Shown here one piece after another: positions 1 through 13,164 of a stretch of DNA of 64,000 nucleotides. The DNA is from Crassostrea angulata (Eukaryota), in contig NC_069116.1 of assembly GCF_025612915.1 (NCBI RefSeq), positions 24,643,051-24,707,050 on the forward strand, written 5' to 3'. The first letter of the stretch is position 1; every line of letters begins with the position of its first letter. Position numbers and translations under genes: made by a program. Below the pieces are notes generated by a model. The model was given only the letters and a program-made list of their open reading frames with translations, did no database searches and was not told the origin of the DNA.

Positions 1-1665
1 TGGATACTTTGTCAGAGTGGGTTAAAAGCATCAGGTGTATATTAAAATCTCGTGTTAAACGACTGAGAGGTCACATGAAAACCATCTATCCTTCTGTTTT
101 CAATAAAGCAGACAGATTGCACGATCAGTATGTACTGGTTCCTGCTGATAAGGCAAATAACAACATTGCCTTTGTTTGTAAAGCACATTATATTAATTGC
201 ATTTTCAAAGAACTAGGTTTTGATTCTTTACATGGTAATCCTACTTACACCTATAGCAGCCTTTCCAAGCAGGAAATACTTCAAAATCATAAATCTGTAA
301 TGGATATCTTTAATATCCCCAATACACATAATGAATTTGATTTACCTTATTTGTACTGGATTCCAAAGCTTCACAAAAGTCCTTACAAACAGAGATATAT
401 AGCAGGTTCCAGTAAATGTTCTACCGAACCTCTCTCTTTACTAAAATTCTTAAGTAGTGAAGGAGAAACTTCAAGAGTACTGCACAACAATATACTCCAG
501 AAGTGGTGTGAATCAGATGTGGATATTAAAAAACTCTAAAGAATTATTAGAAACTTTGAGGTCACAAAATCTTACCAAAATCAATAGCATCAAAATGTAC
601 GATTTTTCAACGCTTTATACAACCATTCTTCATGACAAATTAAAATCTGGGCTTTTTGATGTCATCGACAGTTGTTTTTTCAATAAGAATGGAAGTCGTA
701 AAAATGCTTACCTTGTCATTGGAAATCTAAAAAATTATTTTCTTAAATACCATTCTGATTGTACACACAGGTACTCTGAAGTTGACATTAAAAAGATGCT
801 TGCGTTTCTGATAGACAACATCTATGTAGTTTTTGGAAATCAAGTTTTCCAACAATCTGTTGGAATTTTCATGGGTACCAATTGGGCCCCATTGTTAGCA
901 GATCTATTTTTGTATTCTTATGAAGCAGAATTTATTCAAAAACTTGTACGTGAAAAAAATAAATCACTCGCTGTGGCATTCAACTTAACATTCAGGTATA
1001 TCGACGACGTATTATCAATTAACAATTGTTATTTCCATACTTACGTGGACTCGATATATCCCAGTGAACTTGAAATAAAAGATACCACAGAGTCTGCGTC
1101 ATCTGTTTCATATTTGGATATTTTTATCTGGAAAACCATAGGAGTATATATGAATGTACATCGTAGGTAGTGTGCAAAGGTTACAAGGAATATTGTGATG
1201 TTGTTAGCAGATCTATTTTTTTATTCTTATGAAGCAGAATTTATTCAAAAACTTGTACGTGAAAAAAATAAATCACTCGCTGTGGCCTTCAACTTAACAT
1301 TCAGGTATATCGACGACGTATTATCAATTAACAATTGTTATTTCCATACTTACGTGGACTCGATATATCCCAGTGAACTTGAAATAAAAGATACCACAGA
1401 GTCTGCGTCATCTGTTTCATATTTGGATATTTTACTGGACATAGACATTCATGTTAACCTAACACCAAAACTCTATGATAAACGCGATGACTTCAATTTT
1501 TTTATAGTCAACTTTCCTTACTTATGTAGCAATATACCTTCATCACCTGCATATGGTGTTTTTGTCTCTCAGTTGATTCGATACGCAAAGGCATGCTCTT
1601 CTTATGAACAGTTTCTAAGACGAAGCAAGCTACTGACAAATAAGGTAATAAAACAGGACTCTTAA
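1..1665 (+). mobile_element. Retroelement reverse-transcriptase pseudogene fragment (family unresolved; truncated by window edge)
   Basis: Three consecutive + ORFs (9-539, 457-1170, 1195-1665) in two different frames. RT-like motifs include FRYIDDVLSI (YxDD box), LYWIPKLHK and MGTNWAPLLADLF. A frameshift lies around 457-539 and no intact ORF remains. Confidence 0.6.
893..1447 (+). repeat. Internal tandem duplication (~307 bp x2) inside the RT pseudogene
   Basis: Sequence ttgttagcagatctattttt...gtttcatatttggatatttt occurs at ~893-1140 and again at ~1200-1447 with >95% identity. It encodes the same LLADLF..YIDDVLSINN..SVSYLDI peptide twice. Confidence 0.8.
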
Positions 1666-3649
1666 CAGTCTCGTTTGAAGTCATCTTTTCGTAAGTTCTA
1701 TGGTCGATACAACGACCTTGTCAGCTAATACAATCTTCCACTTGGTCGCATGCTGACTGACGTTTTTCATACTAATTGTTAGACCATAATTAATCACCTA
1801 ATTGTCTACGGACTTTTCCATTTTTTTTCGATTACGACAAAGAGCACACGGCGGGTGTGACCGGTCGGCAGAGGATGCTCACTTCTCCTAGGCACCTGAT
1901 CGGACCTCTATCTATTTGGAGGTCCGTGTTGCTCTGCTTTGAATTTGTGTTTCGTTTAATGGATTTTTGAGATGGTTTACGGTTTGTTATCGTCATTTTT
2001 TCATTCTAGGCTATTAAAACTTGAACATTGACCGTCTCATAGATAGTCTCGATCAAGATATATTCTTGCAGTGAAATAATATAAAATGATCACGTAAAGA
2101 GTGAATATATTTACTGTGAGCCTTTTTATAGAATACAAAGAAGCTAATGTTTGACAAATGTTGAATAATTAAAATGAGTCAATTCGTTTCTTTAGTGGGC
2201 GATTTTAGATTTGATACTCATTCCCTTGCGAAGCACGACCTCTGGTGAAAGAATGGGATAGAACTTTCCAGAACGGGGTAACCAAGAATGCGGATTGACT
2301 AATTAGCGAAAATCATCATGCATCGCAGGCAGATACCTAGCATCAGACTTTGATAAATACAAAAAGTTAATAAATAAAATGGAACAATTAATGCGATTTT
2401 GGTATTCATGGAAAGAATTTTCCAGAACGGTGTGCCAAAAAACGGGTTGACTAATTGACATCATGGCGAAAAGTGTAGGGCAAGTTAACCATCGTAGAGT
2501 TGCTGTGACTGGCTCTGGTGGACGATTCCAGTCCCTCACCGATCGCGGAAAGAAGGAATTTTTGTATACCTCTTTGCTGGTCCGAGGCTGTCTGAGTCTG
2601 TGACTCCGTCTAGTTTGTCTGTCTCCGGGTATGTAATAATTCTCTACGTTTATGTCCAGACGCTGTTTTCTGACTCATTGGCGGAATGACCAGATAAGAA
2701 TGAGAAGCTGTGGTCTCTCTTTGTCGCACCTCACATGCAAGGAACACATCTTCAAAACATCTCGTTCCTTGTGGGACCATGATGTCTGCCCTTTCTAAAT
2801 GAACAATTTACACAACCGTAACTGTTTTATTCGTCCATCGACTTGTCTTTAAGCCTCTATCAGCTATAAGTATTCTTTCAGGTTATTACTCAAGGCTCTT
2901 TCCTATCTCATCTCAGCTCCATATATATATATATGAAGGCTTGGATTCAAGTCCAAGATTTTAAAGTATATCTCCGAAATAATAAAAATATTGTGATTAT
3001 TATTTCTCGGTTTGTCATTCTTGCCCTGGATTGGGCCAACTTCTCTGGTTTACGAATTACGAGCGTAGGATGTCATTGTCGTTCCTTTGCACTGAATCGA
3101 ATTCTACATGTAATTAAAACATTAGTATGATATCTTCCTTTGTTCTTTCGATATCCTCCAATGCTTGGAATGACAAACAGAATCAGATATCTTACCTGTG
3201 ACCGTCCAATAAGTTATAAAAAGCTGTCCATTATTCAAAAGTATTCGCTTTTTACAGCTTATTAATTGGACAGTTACGGGTAACATTGAACTTGAAATAA
3301 ACAATAACACCGACACAAAAGTGTATACTGACATAAGTAAAGGATTAAGGTTTTTAGCATTTGCACGCATGTACATAGTTTCCTCGCAATTTCAGCAAGT
3401 ACTCACACGGAGGTTGAAGTTTGAATATTTGTTATTCGTAAATGATGAAAAAAATAATTCCAATTTCAAAATTTAAAGAAGATGGGTGAATAAGGGTGTA
3501 AACTGACTATATGGGGATAGATAAGATACCATAAAATTAAAATATGAACAAATCCCATAATTTCTTTCTAAATTATTTAAAACAATGTATATTTACCATA
3601 ACATCGATTTATAACCTTTAAATATGTTAAATATGCAGAATAGGTTGAT

Positions 3650-3735
3650 TTAAACTGGGTATGCGAAAACCTAAAAACCCTAGCACTATAATGTCACCTA
3701 ATGTCTGATGCTCTAACCACTGAGCCATTCCGGTC
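3650..3735 (-). repeat. tRNA-derived SINE-like fragment
   Basis: The minus strand reads GGCTCAGTGGTTAGAGCATCAGAC (tRNA D-arm/box-A like). No complete cloverleaf or 3' acceptor is present. Confidence 0.3.
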
Positions 3736-4689
3736 ATAACAAACTACATGTACATTGTTAAATGCTAAATGCAACCACGAATTAACGGACTTGTAGTATT
3801 TCTCTAAAACGTTCAATTGTTGGGATACAACATGACATTTTTAAAGTATAGTGGGTCATCTCTCCACCTTTTTTGTTGATTTAAATCGGTTTGATTTCCT
3901 TTAAACCTTATATAGACTATGACAAAAATATGGAGCCCAGACCCACTCTATAAAAGGAAAGGCATTGAAGTTCTAAAAATGACACTATTTGGAGGTTTTG
4001 ACACGCATATATCTTATGGCTAGCAAAGATGCGGGTCAAGGGGAAGAACTTACCTGTAACTGTTCATTAAGTGAACAATTACAATTAATTCTATTAACTG
4101 TATTGAAAACAACCCCTTTACAATCCAATAAGAAGACGATGACAACTCAAAACAATTAATGTTTTCTTCATTGTCATTTGCAAGAGAGAAAACTTGAAAA
4201 AAGTACATTCTGAACACAAAGGAATAGATGTTTTAATTAGGTTACAAGCCTCAAATTGTCCATAATTCTGTGAGAAGAAACAACTACATGTATATATATT
4301 GTCGGGCCTAACGGCCCCTCAACAGTTCTTTCTTCTCATAGAATGGACATTTTTCGGCATGTAACCTTTACCTCGGGGAAGCTTTTAACTGAGAATTTTA
4401 TTTAATTTAACGATATTTTATATATAACAGTAAAAGAAAACAAAAAATACTGAATCTTAACTTGCTTCTTTGTTTAAACGTTTAAATTCATATTATTTAC
4501 AGTCGTATTACACCAGTATGTCAACTTATAACATAAATCTTCATAAAGGTAATGACTTTAATGTTCGATTTTATAAGCAACATTCAAAAAGCAAATTGAC
4601 CGCCTGTTGAAGGACTGAATCTTCCCCAACTCTTCATCCTATTGAACATCGTTGTTGTGAACCAACATGGTAAACAACTGGGATCGATC

Positions 4690-4905
4690 TCTTGCATGGT
4701 TTTTTTACAGCCAAATTGAGCCTGGTAGTCAGGCTTGGGGTAATGCTAAATGTAATGGTAATGCATTGCAATGCATTACATGTTTTCAAAGTAATGCTAG
4801 TAATGTGTAATGCCACAAATTTAGCATTACAAGTAATGCTAATGTAATGCATTACTTTCCAAAATCTAGTGTAATGCTGGCATTACAAGGCATTACTTTG
4901 CATTA
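4690..4905. repeat. Cluster of short palindromic GTAATGCATTAC / TAATGC motifs (possible hAT subterminal repeats)
   Basis: There are at least 12 copies of taatgc/gcatta, several forming the perfect 12-bp palindrome gtaatgcattac. The cluster lies ~450 bp upstream of the hAT transposase start. Confidence 0.45.
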
Positions 4906-5329
4906 CTATGCTTATTTATGTATATTCATCTTTAGAATTGTTGTGAATAAAAGAACTGAAAGTGTTCTTGATTTAAAATTATTTATCATAATAGAAGAGA
5001 AAAAGATTCAAAGAGATAAAAACATTTTAACTTGTTAGTTTAAAAAGTTTTTTTTTTTTAAATTGTCAATATTACTAGCTATTATAATAACACAATTGAA
5101 TAAATGTTTCAAGAGTGTTGTTATTAAAAGTTTAAAGTCTTAAAAAAATACTCTAATTAGCTGTGCATTCAATAAATCTTTACTGTGAAGAATGTGTCAA
5201 CAACACACAATGCCCTCAGGATAATCTAAACAATCTATTGTTTTGATAAGTGCTCAACACCCCAATCCCCTTCTCTTGGCTCTGTTCATGAACCATTCAC
5301 TGAACTGGTTTGCATGGAGCTGCTGAACA

Positions 5330-5470
5330 ATGTCTAATCCATTAGACCACTTCATCCTACCTAAAGGAATAGAAGACAGACATGCACCTTTTAAAGCCAA
5401 ATGCATGCACTGTCCTACCATGATTTCTGGAAGTTTGAAAGTAACTTCCAATTTTATAACCCATTTGAAG
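5330..5470 (+). CDS. hAT transposase exon 1 (BED-type zinc finger: C..C...SNFITHLK)
   Basis: ATG at 5330 gives MSNPLDHFILPKGIEDRHAPFKAKCMHCPTMISGSLKVTSNFITHLK, followed by GTAATT donor at 5471. The rest of the called ORF is a (CT)n read-through (SLSLSL). Confidence 0.5.
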
Positions 5471-5515
5471 GTAATTATTCTTTTTCACTCTCTAAACATA
5501 ATTATGTGTTGTATT

Positions 5516-5547
5516 CTCTCTCTCTCTCTCTCTCTTGCTCTCTCTCT

Positions 5548-5601
<54 letters not shown>
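5516..5601. repeat. (CT)n microsatellite (in hAT intron)
   Basis: Near-perfect CT dinucleotide run. Confidence 0.95.
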
Positions 5602-5605
<4 letters not shown>

Positions 5606-5663
5606 TATAGCTGTGTTAATAAATATCAGTTTTTTAAAATCAATTTTAAATATTCATTTATTA

Positions 5664-5667
<4 letters not shown>

Positions 5668-5696
<29 letters not shown>
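5668..5696. repeat. (CT)n microsatellite
   Basis: CT dinucleotide run. Confidence 0.9.
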
Positions 5697-5701
<5 letters not shown>

Positions 5702-5944
5702 CTCTGCTGTATAGTAAGTACATTGGACTGATAGAAAATACAAGGTTTCATTTATTTTTATATTATTTTTAGAGAAAACACAGAGGTGCGCTCTTAGGAT
5801 CAACAAAACCTGTGAAGGAGGGACAATCTACAATCAGAACATTTGTATCTTGTCCAATTGTGAAGTATAATGCAGCTGACCCGAAGCAAAAACAAGGTTT
5901 GGATTCTTTAATCATGTTTGTGGCTGTCCATTGTGGAAAGCAAG

Positions 5945-7422
5945 CATTTCTTAAAATTAACACATGACCTTGATCCGAAATTTCAAGTTCCCAGTCGTAA
6001 ACACTTGTCAACTAAACTACTGCAAGAAAAGGCCAGAGAAATCCAAAGTTTGCTGAAAGAGCAGTTAAATAATGCAGAACATATATGTCTTACTGTTGAC
6101 TTGTGGTCTAATAGATCAATGAAGGGATTTCTTGGCATCACAGCTCATTTCATTCTTGGTTGGGAGCTAAAATCAGCCAAGATTGCATGTAGAAGATTTA
6201 AGGGAAGACACACGGGAGAAAATATTTTGCACGAGTATGAGGAAATTATTTCAAACTTTGACATCAACAAAAAAATATTCTGTATTATAAGTGATAATGC
6301 CACAAACATGGTAAAGGCATTCAACTTTGGTGTCCCGGGGTTCGCTTCATCAGTGGTGAAAGACAATGAAGAGGAGCTCTTCACTGACAGTGATGTTGAA
6401 GACACTGGTGATGAAGAAGAACACCCATTTCCTTCTCACAAAAGATGTTATGCTCACTGTTTACAGTTGGTGATAAAAGATGCATTCGACAAATCTGATA
6501 ACAGCTTGAGAAAGATAATTGTCAAAGTGTCAAAACTTGTATCTCATGTTCGTAAATCGATTCATGCTTCTGAATTATTAGAAGAAGAGAAAAGAGTCCA
6601 AGCATCCAATGCCACTAGATGGAATAGCCAACTTCACATGATTCAGTCAGTTTTGAATATTCCTGAACAAAAGATGGAAAAAATAGATTGTCCAGGAATC
6701 TCCTCATATGATAGAGAGGTTTTATTGGAGGTGACAAAAATTCTAAAACCTTTTGAAGATGCTACATTACTGCTTCAAAGAGAAAAAAGTGTTAGTGGCA
6801 GCATGACCATTTCTATAACATTTGGTTTAAAAAAACACCTAGATGCCATAAAGTGCGACTACTCTTCTAAATTTCTTTCTGTTCTGAAGTCTTCTTTGAA
6901 TTCTCGTCTTTCTCATTTTGAGACCGATGAGACTTATCAACTTGCTTCAATGCTTGATCCTCGTTTCAAACTTCTCTGGGCTGCCCAAGAAAATACTGAT
7001 GAACTTGTTTCACTTCTGCAAAAGAATGCCTCTTCTTGTGATGCATCAATATCAGATGGAGAAGATTCAGATACCTCTCCTCCAAATAAAAAGCATAAAT
7101 CTGATGACTTCTTCAATTTTCTGCCAAAATCTACTCCAAAGCGACAAAGACACACATCTGAAAGATCACAACTTGTGCAACGTTATCTGGATGAACCAAC
7201 CTTGGAATCAAGTGCTGACCCCCTCCTTTTTTGGAAAACTAATGAACACGTGTATCCAACTTATCAAAGATTGCCAAAAAGTACCTTTCCGTCCCGGCTT
7301 CCTCTGCTCCTGTTGAACGCCTATTTAGTATAGCGGGGAAGATTTTCAAACCCGACAGGATGCAATTAAAAGATGACACTTTTGAAACCTTAATGATCAT
7401 TAAGTGCAACAGCACTTTATGA
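5945..7422 (+). pseudogene. hAT transposase exon 2 (DDE/RNaseH-like core + hAT dimerisation domain) with 1-bp frameshift
   Basis: A 471-aa ORF runs 5918-7333. Its C-terminus continues in the +1 frame as LPKKYLSVPASSAPVERLFSIAGKIFKPDRMQLKDDTFETLMIIKCNSTL* if one A is restored in the A5 run at 7275-7279. The acceptor at ~5944 is tentative. Confidence 0.55.
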
Positions 7423-9338
7423 TAATCTAATTATTAAATGTGAACCTGATAGTGAACATAGGCCTGTAGATATGTTGAAGTGTTTTCATTTATTAAAACA
7501 TTTGCAAGACTCTTATATATGTATTAGTTTTACTTTTTTAAAACTTCTTATTGCTTTAATTTACACAAAGTAATGGTAGTACATGTACTTTGAACACAGA
7601 CTACACAGTTTTTGCATCATGTCGTTTCAAATAAGCCTTAATTAAGTTTCTTCTTTGTCCGTCAAAAATTGCCGTGGCATACCTCTCAAAAGAATTGTCT
7701 TTTCCTTGTTAAGACGATACCCTGCCCCCACAACCAACTCTTTCGGTCCCCAGTGGTGCATCTTGACGGCCCATAGGATGCGAATTACCAAGATTGGTAT
7801 CCTTTGGAAATATTAGAAAGGGGTTTTAGGTGTTAAATCCTGGGACCATGGTGTGCTGGTGTCTCTGTTCAGTATGGTTACGTGTAACAAGTACTCGGTA
7901 TTTTGATGTTAACTGCGATTTCTTGGCTGGTTAGTTTTTGTTTAAATTCTTATTAGATGCGCGGGAATTTAACACTATACACCGCATTAATATTATACAA
8001 TGTTGAATGGTTGAATAGTTGAACCATATATATATTGTTCATTTTCTATATACTGTGTCCGAATTTTTTCTTAATTGCTTTCTTTACCTAAAATTAAAAA
8101 CAAGTAAAAACTGCATTGCTAGACTGCGTTTTACAAAAGAACTTACGACAAAGTCGTATATATATCTTGTGTCTCATGGATTGATCTTTCATATACAATT
8201 TTTTTAAAACCGCTAAATCACAAATTTTTTGATTTTTATAATTATATTTAAATGGCACTAAATTGAAACACTGATTAGTTTGTTATCAATAAGCATCCGT
8301 TCATTTGGTCGTAAATCGTAAGTTCTTTTGTAAAACGCAGCCATGACATTTAGAGAAGCGGGCAAAGTTGAAAAATCTAAACTGAAATGGATGGTAAAAA
8401 CATGTACTTGGCTTTAATTCTATTAATTGCATTTGGCTTGAAAAAAATAAACTTTTTAAAAATTCCAAACAAGTGAGTGAGTATTTATTTATAATATTAA
8501 ACGTTAGTGTGTAGGTATCTCTAAATTTTTCGCACAACACACTTGTGGAACCTTTCTTCGTATATTTTTTTTTCTGGTTTGTTTGTTTTGACACAGTTTG
8601 AGGTCTAAACTCATTAATGCCAATGTTAAACTACACGTTATGGGCTATATATAGACTAGCAGACGATGTCACACTTCCGGTTGACCCCCAAAATAATTTA
8701 TCGACATAATAGTTTTGATTGCAACTGATATAATTTGGAGAACATAATTATTATTATCTCAAAAAGTCGATGGCGCGTTGTTTTTTTTTTTTTGGTTTTT
8801 TTGGTGTTTTTTTTTATATATATAATAATAATTATAAGTTACATGTATCTATTTGAATAGTTTTTCTTTTCATTGCTAAAATTTCCCTAGAATAGACCAA
8901 ACTTTTAAAGTCTCAAAGGTCTAACATAACATTGGAATTACTAATACTTAAAGCAGAATACTTATTACAAACAAGGCAAATTTATCAACTATCTAAAAAT
9001 CATTTATGAAAATAGAGTCGAAAATTTTGAACTCAAATTATGTCCAAGACTTTTCAATATTCAATCAATACAAATAAAAGTAAGGGATCTATGTTATTTT
9101 AAAGATATTATTTATAAAATTTATATATACTAGTATTCCTCCATATTTATGCATTAAAATATGCATTATATTAGTATTTAAAGCTAATATTGACATGTCC
9201 AAATCCTTTAAATATTCAACCAATACATATAAAAGATTACTACTCTTTAATATATATATATCTATTCCTCCATATTTATGCAGCAAAAAAGTATTTAAAA
9301 CTTTTAAAAATTATGATTATAATTTTCATAGGGTACGT

Positions 9339-9452
9339 TTTCTCCAAGAGAAAACGTACCTGGGTACATTCTCTCTTGGAGAAAACGTACCCTAGGAAAT
9401 GGGTACGTTTTCTCCTGGGTACGTTTTCTCTTGGGTACGTTTTCTCCTGACA
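9339..9452. repeat. Direct and inverted copies of a 15-bp motif gggtacgttttctcc (hairpin-prone)
   Basis: At least 7 copies in both orientations within 115 bp. Confidence 0.7.
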
Positions 9453-9908
9453 CCTAATGTTAGACCGTCATAACTTTCAGTTTGCAAAATGAGATATTGT
9501 CATAGACCAAAATAAACACTGAAGACAGTGAAGCAAAGGAAGGAGGAGGTGTAACGTGTTACTCGTTTCACTATGAAAGTTTATTTGTTATGCTACATGT
9601 AGGTTTGCAAGATAGAAGTCACAACCCGTTAGATATGAGAAATTAAAACGATTGATAAATATTTATAGTAGTAGTTGACAGCTATAGGATATTCAGTCAG
9701 CTCTGATCAGACGACTGCAGTATGTTGTGTGCCACAGTGCAAGGTAGATGGACAAAATGACCTACGAATAGAGACTTTTTGCCAGGCTAATCAAGCTGAA
9801 ATATTCACATGTTAAGCCTCGGCCAAACTTAACAGCTGAACCAGCATGCATAAACCTTAAATATCTTGCACAATTTTTGGATGCTTATTAGTTATTACAC
9901 ACAGGGAA

Positions 9909-10043
9909 ATGGAAGACAACATTTTCCACAACTTTGTCTTTGTGTTGGAGTTTGATATTTTAACAAGATTTAAAGAAAAACAGTGTTGGAGAAGAAAGAT
10001 AACAGAGCATGGAGGGACAATATCCTATGTTTTTACTCCGAAG
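9909..10043 (+). CDS. PARP4: PARP4-like exon 1 (start codon; BRCT N-half: MEDNIFHNFVFVLEFDILTRFKEKQCWRRKITEHGGTISYVFTPK)
   Basis: ATG at 9909. It matches human MVMGIFANCIFCLKV...KKKL..I.ENGGKFSF. GTGAGT donor at 10044, phase 0. Confidence 0.7.
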
Positions 10044-10738
10044 GTGAGTGATTGAGTGAGTGTCTTTAGAAAGGCCTGTCTCTTCACACATCCTTGACAG
10101 ATTTATTTAAGAAAATTAAACATTTGGGTATTAAATGAGAGAATATAATCTCACCTAGATTTGTTGAAACTAAAAAACTTTGACAGGCATCTCTTCTGGA
10201 AGAAATGTCAGTTAAAATTTTCAGTCTTGATGAATCTAGCTGGTATGTATAAGCATATTAGATGATTGAGCAAGTAGATGATTAGACGCACTCTTGTTTT
10301 ACTTTACTCTGTCCCAAGTTTTTGCTTTCACCACTTTTCTCTTGATATTTTGATTTATCACATGTTTATCCCAATATACGGTGGATATCACTCATGGGAT
10401 AAATTTTTGATATTCCACTGTGTGTTCTTACGCCACGTGACGTCATAGTTAATCATTACGTAGGTTTAGACGGTTGATTGATGTAGAATGAAAAAGTAAA
10501 TAATTAATTCAGTTGAGGGGTGTTGAGATATAAATTTGAAACATTTAATGTTAAATTGTTTCAGTTATTTGTCATGAATTCATAAAAAAATGTTCTGTTT
10601 GTTAAACTTCAAGGAACTTTTTTTCCATGCGTAACGTTGTTGACGTGTTGTAAATAATGTGTTGTGCGGCTCACAATCACAATTTTTACAGCAAAAGTTG
10701 GGATTAACAAAATACTTGGTAAAACATGTGATAAAAAG

Positions 10739-10883
10739 AATCTCTCATGATTTGCGATGGTATTTGATTTTTATCCAACGAGTTGTGTGTTTTCTATCCC
10801 CTCGCCAAGGCTCGGGGATAGAAAACACACAACTCGTTGGATAAAAATCATATACCATCGCAAATCATGAGAGATCCTATATT
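10739..10883. repeat. Near-perfect foldback (arms ~65 bp, loop ~12 bp) in PARP4 intron 1
   Basis: aatctctcatgatttgcgatggtat...ctatcccc / ggggatag...ataccatcgcaaatcatgagagat. Confidence 0.85.
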
Positions 10884-11864
10884 TATACCTTTGTGCGCAA
10901 ACAATGTTCATCCACAAATATAAAAAATGTCCAGATTATCTGTTCTAAAACGCCCCCATTACTGCTTCAAGTTTCAATACACATCCCAAAATAGAAAGTC
11001 TACGGGATATTGCATTGCATCAGGCATGAAATAGCCCAGATGATAACGTTGAAAAATTGTGTGAGGTATTCCAAGCGATTTCTGAAGGTGAAAAGTTGTA
11101 AATATTTCCCATTAATAACCTCCATAAGAAATTTGTTTTTGTTCCTGTGAACTTTTATGAGTAAATGATTATATATAATGTACTATCAAAAAAGATATTT
11201 TCCCTTACATCAATTTCAACTGTATTTCTTTCACAGGTATTTGTATTTTAATCAAAAATCATAAAAAAGTGATGGAAGCAATATAGCTTGGGACATACAG
11301 TACTATGATTGCTTTACAAACAATGCATATAATTAATAGATCATCAGATTTTATCTGCTAGTAGCTAAATCTGTCAAAGGTTTGTGAGAAGATGAATGGA
11401 TCAGAAACACTGAGTTGGGAATATGGTACATAGGGGAATGTAATGAAAACATTTTGTAAATCTATAATCTATAACACCGAAAATAAGAGAGAGTGGAGAT
11501 CGAGGGAGAGAAATAGAAAAGAGACGTGTACGCAATAGCCATGTTTCTGGATGAAATCCTGATATTTTAAGGATTTTGGAAAAAATATAGTGTTCTTGAC
11601 ATGTTGTAAAAATATTGAGTCAGTTATTAACTTATTATGAACGTAGGATATTTATGTCTTTGATCTTGTTTACATTAAAGGTAACAAAATTATGGAAATA
11701 AAAAAATCTTATTTACCTGTAATTAGATTCAATATTTACTATATTAAAGTAATTCAAGATCTTGAAATACAATCTCAGGGATTATATGGAATAAATATGT
11801 ATTGCAAATACATACCGTGACAACCTATCATATGAACAGATACTGAATAACAAACATTTTTCAG

Positions 11865-12060
11865 GTAAACTTTGTGGTGCTATTTGGTGATATGTTGGAG
11901 AAATCATCGTATAAGCAAAGACAAGCTGTGAGACATAATGTTCCTGTTCTGCGCTGTGAATTCATCACTGATTGTATTGAACAGAAACAGATTTTGCCAA
12001 CAGCCACATATGCTGTTGGAGAACCAATATCTGGAAAGAATTTCAAAAAAGGACGAATAA
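11865..12060 (+). CDS. PARP4: PARP4-like exon 2 (BRCT C-half)
   Basis: Acceptor ttttcag at 11864. Peptide VNFVVLFGDM...VPVLRCEFITDCIEQKQILP. GTAAG donor at 12061. Confidence 0.7.
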
Positions 12061-12194
12061 GTAAGAGTTCTTGGAGAAATTTTTATGCATATATATAAGT
12101 CTCAATGTACCTGTATACTATATATGCCATGATACATACTATTTTGAATTCTCATTTAAGTAATTAACAACAGTACCGGTAACTTAATTTATAG

Positions 12195-12346
12195 CTAAAC
12201 AAGAAAAGACAAAAAGGTACCTCAGTGCTAGAAGACATGTGAAGAGTGTTAATTTGAATGCTATAAAGTCCTGGTCTCTGGATGATCCTGAAGCCCCATC
12301 ACACAATGATGATCAGTATGAGGTAGCCAAGTGGGTTTTGTTAAAG
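12195..12346 (+). CDS. PARP4: PARP4-like exon 3
   Basis: Acceptor tttatag. Peptide ...DDQYEVAKWVLLK matches human DFEVAKYNTLEK. Donor GTACAG. Confidence 0.6.
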
Positions 12347-12858
12347 GTACAGTGAAAATAATTGGACTTTGAAAAATTTCTTGCAATAATAGAATTATGG
12401 TACGTACTTCAAGTGACAGTGATCGATTTAATGTTTCAATGGAAAAGTGTGGTTCATAACTATTTCATAATTGCGTCACATTTTTTGAAATATGTAATGA
12501 CAGTGATTTAATGTTTAAATGGAAAAGTATGGTTCATAACTATTTCATGATTGCTTAACATTTTTAGAAATTTTAATGGTAAAATACTAAATTCAATGTT
12601 TGTATGTTATGTATATATACATGTACAATATAGGTCAGTTAATTTAATTGACAAGGATTAGTATTTTGAAACTTGAATTGAGACAGCTTATGTGCTATAT
12701 TAGAATTGACTCACCACAATGTTTGATTTCCACCCAATCCTAGTAATTCCCATATTTTATTTATATATATACATGTGATAATAAATTGATGTGCAAGATC
12801 ATAATGTTAATAAATGATATACAATTTAATTTATGATTTCTCATTATTCACTTTTCAG

Positions 12859-12951
12859 TCAACAAAAGTGATTCAGGTTATTGAGGTTCATGCGCTGACG
12901 TCATGTGACAAGTTCCGGCTATATCATCAGGAGGGACACTTGGATGGGGAG
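12859..12951 (+). CDS. PARP4: PARP4-like exon 4 (3' boundary uncertain, weak GTGATT donor)
   Basis: Acceptor cttttcag. Peptide STKVIQVIEVHALTSCDKFRLYHQEGHLDGE. An in-frame stop at 12968 forces a donor at or before 12952. Confidence 0.4.
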
Positions 12952-13164
12952 GTGATTACTGTGCTTCAATAGAACACAATCCTTCAATGATATTCCTCTA
13001 CAGGTTAAATGTAAAAATGACTCTTTTCTGTGAAGTTATGTTAAAATTAGTCCCCTTATCTTTTTTTTTTCCATTTCTATGGGAAAAAATTGATTTTTTT
13101 GTTGTTGTTTGTATAGCTGTAAGTTATTCATGAGCACTTAACTAAACATAAATTACTCTTGCAG

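Larger units (their letters stand above)
4650..7700 (+). mobile_element. hAT-superfamily DNA transposon (element boundaries approximate; TIRs not resolved)
   Basis: It holds a BED-zinc-finger exon and a transposase body with the hAT C-terminal dimerisation motif SVPASSAPVERLFS. AT-rich flanks carry subterminal repeats. Confidence 0.5.

Noticed and set aside
5330-5731. 133-aa ORF with SLSLSLSL tail
   Set aside because: Only the first 141 nt (BED finger) is coding. The rest is translation of the intronic (CT)n microsatellite.
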